Of a DNA stretch of 32,000 nt, positions 26,489 to 32,000 are shown piece after piece. The notes under the pieces were generated by a model. The model was not told the DNA's origin. It did no database searches and saw only the letters and a program-made list of their open reading frames with translations. The DNA comes from Gynuella sp. GTDB lineage: Bacteria > Pseudomonadota > Gammaproteobacteria > Pseudomonadales > Natronospirillaceae. The stretch is from positions 2,437 through 34,436 of the forward strand of contig JANQHX010000021.1 in NCBI GenBank assembly GCA_028282465.1, read 5' to 3'. Within the stretch, counting starts at the first letter, position 1. Each line of letters begins with the position of its first letter. The translations under genes and the position numbers were made by a program.

Positions 26489-26608
26489 ATCATATTAAAT
26501 TTATACGTCAAATTTTTTTCATTTTTATATTTTATCACTATTGACTTTGCTAACTCTTTGAAAAATAAAGAAAAAATAGCTTGTCTAATTTTTAATCAAT
26601 TTGATAAC
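26489..26608. other. Strongly A+T-rich tract (candidate DNA-unwinding element)
   Basis: By hand count there are 21 G/C in 120 nt (about 82% A+T). It contains several T-runs (AAATTTTTTTCATTTTTATATTTTAT, TCTAATTTTTAAT). It lies immediately left of the DnaA-box modules. Confidence 0.4.
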
Positions 26609-26647
26609 CCCCCCGAATTTTGGCAATTAGATGGCAGAATTCAGGAA

Positions 26648-26682
26648 CTATTCACAATTTTATCCACAGAAAAAGTGGATAA
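26648..26682. promoter_or_regulatory. Three-box DnaA-binding module 1
   Basis: CTATTCACA (26648-26656, 8/9), 3 nt, TTATCCACA (26660-26668, perfect), 5 nt, then AGTGGATAA (26674-26682), which is the inverted box TTATCCACT (8/9). Confidence 0.65.
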
Positions 26683-26689
26683 GTATCTC

Positions 26690-26725
26690 AACCCCAGTAA
26701 AGAAGGGGGGTTCAAGTTTTTTTTT
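26690..26725 (+). terminator. Terminator-like hairpin with T-run
   Basis: AACCCC (26690-26695) pairs with GGGGTT (26707-26712). CAAG and then TTTTTTTTT (26717-26725) follow. The stem is short and the loop is 11 nt. Confidence 0.35.
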
Positions 26726-26961
26726 ACCAAAATTTGCAAAATTTAAGGCTATAAACTATAAGCAAAAATCAATTTGAAGGAATGCCTTTACAAAGTTATT
26801 CAATCCTGGCATACCAAATTTACATACCCCAGGTTTTACATTCATTTAAGCTAATAAATAAGCATAACTTATTGATCAGCAAGCACTTTTTTCAATGACT
26901 CTTTTTTATCCTATTTAATAAAACAGGCTTATTTGCTGGGTTTAGAGGCTTTTTACCTGGG

Positions 26962-26996
26962 CTATTCACAGAATTATCCACAGAAACTGTGAATAA
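26962..26996. promoter_or_regulatory. Three-box DnaA-binding module 2
   Basis: CTATTCACA (26962-26970), 3 nt, TTATCCACA (26974-26982, perfect), 5 nt, then TGTGAATAA (26988-26996), which is the inverted TTATTCACA (perfect). The geometry is identical to module 1, and the start is 314 bp from the start of module 1. Confidence 0.7.
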
Positions 26997-27105
26997 GTTA
27001 TATTTTTGTAGCTTTACGTAACACATACTTTACTCAGTTAATTATCTGCTATATCCGGGTGGTAATAAAATAAACCATGCGTGTTACAGACTTGACATGG
27101 TGTTA

Positions 27106-28683
27106 CTATAATTCCCAGATTCCTCCTTGGTTGGTGCAGGCTGTGGATAATCTATTTTGTGCTTCATTAATGGTTTCATTATTTGGCCGCAACGGGTTCT
27201 GATAATGGAAAATTCTGGTTTCTGTGATGTCCTGGGTGCAGGTTCCTATAAAAGTACCGGTTTCATTTGTGTCCTCATTTATCATCTGCCAGCTATTTCG
27301 ACATCTAGCCTCTAGCCACTCCAAATCATCTTGTGTTTCTCCTAACAGTAAGTTTTCTCGACCATCGCATTCACCGGGTGGAATCGAAAGTGCCCCTCCA
27401 TCCATGGTTTCGATACAGATATTCAAAGAATTTTGATCAAACAAGGAAACCACAGGTTGGCAGCTACCCGCTGCGCCATAAGTGGCTGGAACGGCTGTGT
27501 CGTCGCCTCTTCTTATGATGATTTCTCTGCCCCCTTGACCAATAAGCCCGTTAATATCCGTTGCTTGTACCACTACAAACCAGGTGCCTACGGCAGTGAG
27601 GGTAAAGGTTTGATTAGTTAATCCAGCTAATTCAAGTGCTTCCCGAGTCCAGGTTTGAATAACACCGTTAGGAGAGATGAGTTGTGCTGTCCATCCGGTG
27701 ATTTCCAAACTTTCTTGATGGCTGGCTGAAATGGCAATAGAAACATTTGACGGGGATTGAAACTGGTTGATCACTGGGGTTTCTGTCACGGTAACGTTCA
27801 CTGAGATAATTGGAGTTGCGGGTTGCAATGTGTCTAGTACTAGCGTGGCTAATACCGCTTCGGCTTCTAGGGCGTCTATGGTGTTGGTAGTAAGTGAACC
27901 TAAAAAATTGTCTTGATCACTGGTCGCGAGTTCAGCCATGGAAAAACTCGCGACTTCTACGCCATTCACATCCGTAACACTGATCAGTCCGGTATTCGTG
28001 TCAATGCTGAAATCAAGAAGCTCTATCATGCCATCAGTGTTAATAGGATTTTCTGATGGGTTGGCATCATATTCTTCGGTGAAGGGGTTTATCGGGTTTC
28101 CGGATGTATCAACCGGCCAAAGACTTCCCAGTGCTGCCGATAAATTATTAATGGCTGGTGCGACAGCGCTGTGATCATAACCTGTTTGCAAAGCGCTTAA
28201 ACAAGTGGCAGTAACAAAACAGGTTTCTGGGGTGGTGGAATACTCGCTGTTGAGATAAGCCCGAGTGATCAGGTCTGTCACTTCATTAATATTACTGCTT
28301 GAAGTGGTTGCGCCAGTTTCTGAACTAAACAGTGAATAGTAAGTGGTTTGCAATCCATCGGGAGCAATAAATTCACCCCTGACTAAGCCGCTGGTGACGG
28401 GGTTGTTCATGAGGTTGTATTCGCCTTGGGCATTGGCGGTTATACAATATTCAGTGGTGCCATCAGACGTGCAGACATCTGCAAATGCAGCGGCTTGTCC
28501 ATAAGCGACGACGCCAGAGAGAGTTACAGAATCAGTCACCTGATTAGTGTCATCGCCATCTGTACCTGGAGCACTGCTTCCGCCACCACCTCCTGAGCTA
28601 CAAGCAGACGTGCTTAAAATGATTAAAGACAAAACCAGCAGATGAAGAAAAGACGTCGGTTCAATGTGTCTGTTTGTAAACAT
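27106..28683 (-). CDS. Hypothetical large lipoprotein
   Basis: Signal peptide with lipobox STSAC, followed by a Gly/Ser linker (SSGGGGGSSAPGTDGDD). The 525-aa protein is Thr/Asn/Gly-rich and looks likely beta-rich. I recognise no family. Confidence 0.6.
   Translation of the reverse strand: MFTNRHIEPTSFLHLLVLSLIILSTSACSSGGGGGSSAPGTDGDDTNQVTDSVTLSGVVAYGQAAAFADVCTSDGTTEYCITANAQGEYNLMNNPVTSGLVRGEFIAPDGLQTTYYSLFSSETGATTSSSNINEVTDLITRAYLNSEYSTTPETCFVTATCLSALQTGYDHSAVAPAINNLSAALGSLWPVDTSGNPINPFTEEYDANPSENPINTDGMIELLDFSIDTNTGLISVTDVNGVEVASFSMAELATSDQDNFLGSLTTNTIDALEAEAVLATLVLDTLQPATPIISVNVTVTETPVINQFQSPSNVSIAISASHQESLEITGWTAQLISPNGVIQTWTREALELAGLTNQTFTLTAVGTWFVVVQATDINGLIGQGGREIIIRRGDDTAVPATYGAAGSCQPVVSLFDQNSLNICIETMDGGALSIPPGECDGRENLLLGETQDDLEWLEARCRNSWQMINEDTNETGTFIGTCTQDITETRIFHYQNPLRPNNETINEAQNRLSTACTNQGGIWEL
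27142..27150 (-). promoter_or_regulatory. DnaA box (TGTGGATAA on the plus strand, TTATCCACA on the minus strand)
   Basis: Perfect consensus box located inside the 3' end of the lipoprotein gene. Confidence 0.5.
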
Positions 28684-28882
28684 AGTTATTCACAGTCTGA
28701 TCATTCAGGATAAATAACTACTTCAACCCTCATGCCAGTGTGTAATATTGTATGATTCTCTGGGTAATATTTATAAGTATTTGTTTTATATGGATATTTT
28801 TAGCCAAAATTGGTTTATTCAGGGTCTGTAAAATAGGTCAAATTCATGACGGAGCGCAAAAATACCGTCATTTTCCCCAGAC

Positions 28883-28891
28883 TTATTCACA
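28883..28891 (+). promoter_or_regulatory. DnaA box (TTATTCACA)
   Basis: Perfect match to TTATNCACA. It lies in the divergent intergenic region between 28683 and 29036. Confidence 0.4.
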
Positions 28892-28902
28892 GGATCATTC
28901 AT

Positions 28903-28942
28903 GAAATTCATTTTTGATCCAGTTCGAATTTCAATGAATTTC
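28903..28942. promoter_or_regulatory. 10-bp inverted repeat (candidate operator) upstream of the 29036 gene
   Basis: GAAATTCATT (28903-28912) and its exact reverse complement AATGAATTTC (28933-28942) are separated by 20 nt. Confidence 0.3.
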
Positions 28943-29035
28943 TCTTAAAACAGTGGTTAAGAGCCCACTTTTGAAATACTTTCTTTGCCATACTGGAATG
29001 GTCTAACACCTTTGCCTAACTAGAGGACGGCCCGA

Positions 29036-30511
29036 ATGGAAGGTCAATTTTTTAATTGGATGCAAGCGAATCCCACAGTGTTTTTTGGAACATTGTTACT
29101 GGTGATGTTGGCTTTGTATTTCTCGAAAAATGGTTTCTACGCAGCTTTTAGGAAGATAGCTTTGCTGCTGTCTGCCAGTTTAAGGCTGCAGTCTAGAGCA
29201 CTCATCACAATGACAGAGCAAATGAAGCAGCGTAACCGTGAAGTGTTATTGGAAATGGGACAGGCTCAAAAAGAACGAGATATTGAGCGTGAGTTTTACA
29301 GGGTAAATGCCATTGTGGATAGAGATTTAAGTGGCTACCCAGAATTACAAAAAGTCATATCAGAACACATCACCGCCATCGAAGAAGATTATCAAAAAAC
29401 TGGTGAATCACCGCCTCCTTCACCAGATTGGGTAGAAGCTGTGGAGGCGGTCGCCAACTTGAAAGAAGCTCATAAGGGCAATCCGGTGATCGCTAAAATA
29501 TTATCTGACTTGCATGAGTCGGTTATTGGTCAGCACAAACAGGCCTTGGGTGATTATCGGGAAGGCATAGCACAACGACATAGGCTGTTGCACTCCATGA
29601 TGCCCCATTGGCGCAAACTGAATAACGCAGTCGGTAGTGTTGGTAACAGTATTAAAGGTTTGTTGAAACACTCAGCAAAACTTGATGTTCATATGGATCA
29701 GTATGAACAAATACGACAGGGTTCTGAACAAGCTGAAAGGGCGTTACGTTCCTCTGCCAGTATAGATTTTCTATTTTCTGTACTGATTATTTTGTTAGCT
29801 ACCTGGGGCGCATTCTTCAACTTTCAGTTAATAGCTTTGCCTATGTCAGAAATGGTTGGAGGTACGTCGAGTAAATTTAATTTATTTGGACAAGTGGTTT
29901 CAGTTGCTCAGGTTGCTGGTGCATTTATTGTCATTCTGGAAGTGATATTAGGGGTTTTCCTAATGGAATGTTTGCACATTACTCGAATGTTTCCTGCACT
30001 TTCGAGCCTGGATGATCGCATTCGAAAAAGAATGATTTGGGCGCTGTTTATTTTCATGTTCTTCCTGGCGAGTATTGAGTCGGGTTTGGCATTTATGAGA
30101 GATCAAATCGCTGCTGCAGACGAAGCGTTAAAATTTTCACTTGGCTTGGGTGGTGAAGCGCCTGTGGCCAGCGACATCAGTCAAACCATTCCGTTAGCTG
30201 CAGCCATGATGCTGGGTTTCATGTTGCCATTTGCTTTAATGTTTGTAGCGATACCTATTGAAACTTTGTTTTTAACAGGAAGGGTCGTACTGTCGTCGAT
30301 ACTTGTTCAAGTATTACATCTGGCAGCGATACTGTTACGTTTGCTTGCCAATGCTATTAAAAATCTCGTGGAGTTCATTATTGCCGTTTATGACATTTTC
30401 ATATTTATTCCTTTATGGATAGAAGGGGCTGTGAAGTCTTTTCGGGAAGACTCAGCTAGACGCTCCGAAACATCATCGGTTTCTGAATCCAGTACAGAAT
30501 TGAGGCCATAA
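29036..30511 (+). CDS. Hypothetical polytopic inner-membrane protein
   Basis: 491 aa with an N-terminal TM, a charged helical region of about 220 aa, and then several long hydrophobic segments. The downstream gene starts 3 nt after its stop. Confidence 0.55.
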   Translation: MEGQFFNWMQANPTVFFGTLLLVMLALYFSKNGFYAAFRKIALLLSASLRLQSRALITMTEQMKQRNREVLLEMGQAQKERDIEREFYRVNAIVDRDLSGYPELQKVISEHITAIEEDYQKTGESPPPSPDWVEAVEAVANLKEAHKGNPVIAKILSDLHESVIGQHKQALGDYREGIAQRHRLLHSMMPHWRKLNNAVGSVGNSIKGLLKHSAKLDVHMDQYEQIRQGSEQAERALRSSASIDFLFSVLIILLATWGAFFNFQLIALPMSEMVGGTSSKFNLFGQVVSVAQVAGAFIVILEVILGVFLMECLHITRMFPALSSLDDRIRKRMIWALFIFMFFLASIESGLAFMRDQIAAADEALKFSLGLGGEAPVASDISQTIPLAAAMMLGFMLPFALMFVAIPIETLFLTGRVVLSSILVQVLHLAAILLRLLANAIKNLVEFIIAVYDIFIFIPLWIEGAVKSFREDSARRSETSSVSESSTELRP

Positions 30512-30513
30512 AA

Positions 30514-31158
30514 ATGAGAAAGGGATTTTTAATCAGCTTACTATTTTTATTAAGTGCTTGTGCCAGTAATGAAAACTACAGTACAGCTGTTTACTTATTG
30601 TTGGATACTTCAGGCACCTATACTAAAGAACTTAGAAAAGCCCAAAACATTATCAATTATTATTTGGCAACTTTGGAAGCCGGCGACAGTTTTGCGGTTG
30701 CTCGAATCGACAGTGGCAGTTTTAGTGAGCGGGATATAATTGCCAAGGTTAAGTTTGATGACAAGCCTTCAAAGTCTAATGTTCAGAAGCGAGAGTTTGC
30801 CGAAATAATAGATAACTTTGTGTCAACCGTTGAAAGCGCATCCTATACCGATATTTCTGGGGGTTTGCTTCAAGCGCAAGAATACATCACTGAAACTGGG
30901 GCAGGGTATAAGCACATTTTAATTTATTCTGATTTGAAAGAAGAATTGCCTGACGGATTCAATCGAGATTTTGATCTTGAGCTGGATGGCTTTACGGTCA
31001 CTGCGTTAAACGTAACAAAGCTCAGAACAGATAATGTTGATCCGACTGAATACAAATCTAGATTGCTGTATTGGCAAGATCGCATCGAAAAAGCGGGGGG
31101 CTCCTGGCGTATGTTAAACGACCTCGAACGGGATGATGCGTTAGAGCTACCTAAGTAA
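30514..31158 (+). CDS. vWA-like domain lipoprotein
   Basis: Lipobox LLSAC. MIDAS-like elements occur in the canonical order: VYLLLDTSGT (DxSxS-type), YTDISGGL (Thr), and ILIYSDL (Asp). Confidence 0.65.
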   Translation: MRKGFLISLLFLLSACASNENYSTAVYLLLDTSGTYTKELRKAQNIINYYLATLEAGDSFAVARIDSGSFSERDIIAKVKFDDKPSKSNVQKREFAEIIDNFVSTVESASYTDISGGLLQAQEYITETGAGYKHILIYSDLKEELPDGFNRDFDLELDGFTVTALNVTKLRTDNVDPTEYKSRLLYWQDRIEKAGGSWRMLNDLERDDALELPK

Positions 31159-31250
31159 TCTTTTTCGCGACTTTAGCAACTTTAGCAACAAAGGCCTCAT
31201 TTTTTCGATTTGCCTTACAGTTTTCATTGATTTTACCCATTTGGTTGCTG

Positions 31251-31276
31251 GTTTAACCCTGTTCACAGGGTTAAAC
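31251..31276 (+). terminator. Perfect 11-bp stem / 4-nt loop hairpin downstream of the vWA gene
   Basis: GTTTAACCCTG, loop TTCA, CAGGGTTAAAC. The T-run (TTTT) appears only 9 nt after the stem, so this is not a canonical terminator. Confidence 0.35.
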
Positions 31277-31316
31277 TCTGCGCTCGTTTTACACTCCTCC
31301 CTAGAAAGGAACTCCC

Positions 31317-32000
31317 ATGAAACAATTATACGTGCCTGCACTTGCTGGCCTGACTTTAGCGGCCTGTGTGCAAGCCGTTGAACTCAAGACTGATGATCAA
31401 AAGGCAAGTTACGGTATTGGCGTAAATATCGGTAGCCAGCTGGCTAATGAACAGTCTATCGAAGTGGATATTGATGCCTTAATCGAAGGTTTGAAGGATT
31501 CAATTGCAGGGTCTGACTTAGATCTTTCAGAAGAAGAAATTCGCGCTGCATTTGGTGCCATTCAACAAAAGGCTCAGGCTAAAGCCGAAGAAGACGCAAA
31601 AGCAGCACAAGCAGAAGCAGTTGATTTTCTGACTGCCAATGCCAAAAAAGACGGTGTGATAGAGCTGGTTCCAGGTAAATTGCAGTATAGCGTCATCACG
31701 GCTGGTGAAGGCGAGGCCAAGCCAACGGCTGCGGATACAGTTAAAACTCATTACCACGGCACCTTGATTGACGGTACTGTTTTCGACAGCTCAGTAGATC
31801 GTGGTCAACCTATTTCCTTCCCACTGAATGGTGTAATTCCTGGGTGGACTCAGGCGCTTCAAGAAATGACTACAGGTGACAAGTGGAAGTTATTCATCCA
31901 TCCTGACTTGGCTTATGGCGCACGTGGCAGCGGCGCAATTCCACCAAACTCAGCGCTAATCTTCGAAGTTGAATTACTCGAAATTAATCCTGCTGAATAA
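31317..32000 (+). CDS. FKBP-type peptidyl-prolyl cis-trans isomerase (FkpA/Mip-like, exported)
   Basis: Signal peptide with a possible lipobox LAAC, then an N-terminal helical dimerisation region. The C-terminal FKBP domain is VKTHYHGTLIDGTVFDSS, FPLNGVIPGWTQAL, YGARG and IPPNSALIFEVELLEI. Confidence 0.9.
   Translation: MKQLYVPALAGLTLAACVQAVELKTDDQKASYGIGVNIGSQLANEQSIEVDIDALIEGLKDSIAGSDLDLSEEEIRAAFGAIQQKAQAKAEEDAKAAQAEAVDFLTANAKKDGVIELVPGKLQYSVITAGEGEAKPTAADTVKTHYHGTLIDGTVFDSSVDRGQPISFPLNGVIPGWTQALQEMTTGDKWKLFIHPDLAYGARGSGAIPPNSALIFEVELLEINPAE

Noticed and set aside
26558-26746. 62-aa ORF (TTG start) in the AT-rich intergenic region.
   Set aside because: It has no RBS and a non-ATG start. 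Its composition is low-complexity and Lys/Phe-rich because of the A+T-rich DNA. It is overlaid by the DnaA-box module and a terminator-like hairpin, so it is probably not coding.
27092-27112. TTGACA followed by TATAAT, which looks like a sigma70 promoter.
   Set aside because: The spacer is only 9 nt against the required 16-18. The TATAAT-like hexamer overlaps the stop codon region of the lipoprotein gene.
31147-31341. 64-aa minus-strand ORF between the vWA and FKBP genes.
   Set aside because: It spans an intergenic hairpin and overlaps the ends of both neighbouring genes. It has no RBS and its basic low-complexity sequence is typical of a chance ORF.
1-32000. Search for mobile-element hallmarks (transposase, integrase, IS inverted repeats, phage structural genes) to explain the accessory-looking clusters.
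   Set aside because: No ORF has recognisable transposase, integrase or phage structural motifs. The two DUF3380 domains are the only phage-like elements, and they are embedded in non-phage architectures.

Overview
The window looks like a chromosomal segment of a (probably marine) gammaproteobacterium. This is inferred from gene content (holC, mgsA, PomAB-type stator genes, FKBP isomerase), not from any search. Housekeeping and ordinary genes are: holC; a four-gene ABC-2/GldG-like/DUF4340-like transporter operon; a large LRR lipoprotein; mgsA; a VanZ-like protein; a CHASE2-class III nucleotide cyclase; an SDR; a PfkB-family kinase; and an FKBP isomerase. No rRNA, tRNA, CRISPR array, transposase or integrase was seen. 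Three regions stand out. (1) 11.1-17.5 kb: a soluble KAP-family P-loop NTPase is translationally coupled (8-nt overlap) to a 979-aa protein. That protein has 13 near-identical WD40 blades and a C-terminal DUF3380/N-acetylmuramidase-like domain. A divergently transcribed paralog carries three SH3b domains plus the same muramidase domain. The WD40-linked copy has Ile where the paralog has the conserved VES Glu. I read this as a candidate split NLR/STAND-like sensing or conflict system. (2) 20.3-25.5 kb: a tightly coupled five-gene operon with no other flagellar genes nearby. It encodes a putative outer-membrane protein, a TPR lipoprotein, a membrane protein with a periplasmic N-terminal half and a FliG-like cytoplasmic C-terminal half, a MotA/PomA-like protein and a MotB/PomB-like protein. 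I read this as a candidate non-flagellar stator-rotor envelope machine. (3) 26.47-27.15 kb: a dense cluster of DnaA boxes, including two geometrically identical 35-bp three-box modules 314 bp apart, lies next to a roughly 80% A+T tract. This is a candidate origin-like or DnaA-regulatory locus. I also found a small signal-peptide ORF that the ORF track missed (19320..19478, minus strand). All family assignments rest on motif recognition by eye and need HMM or structure searches to confirm.
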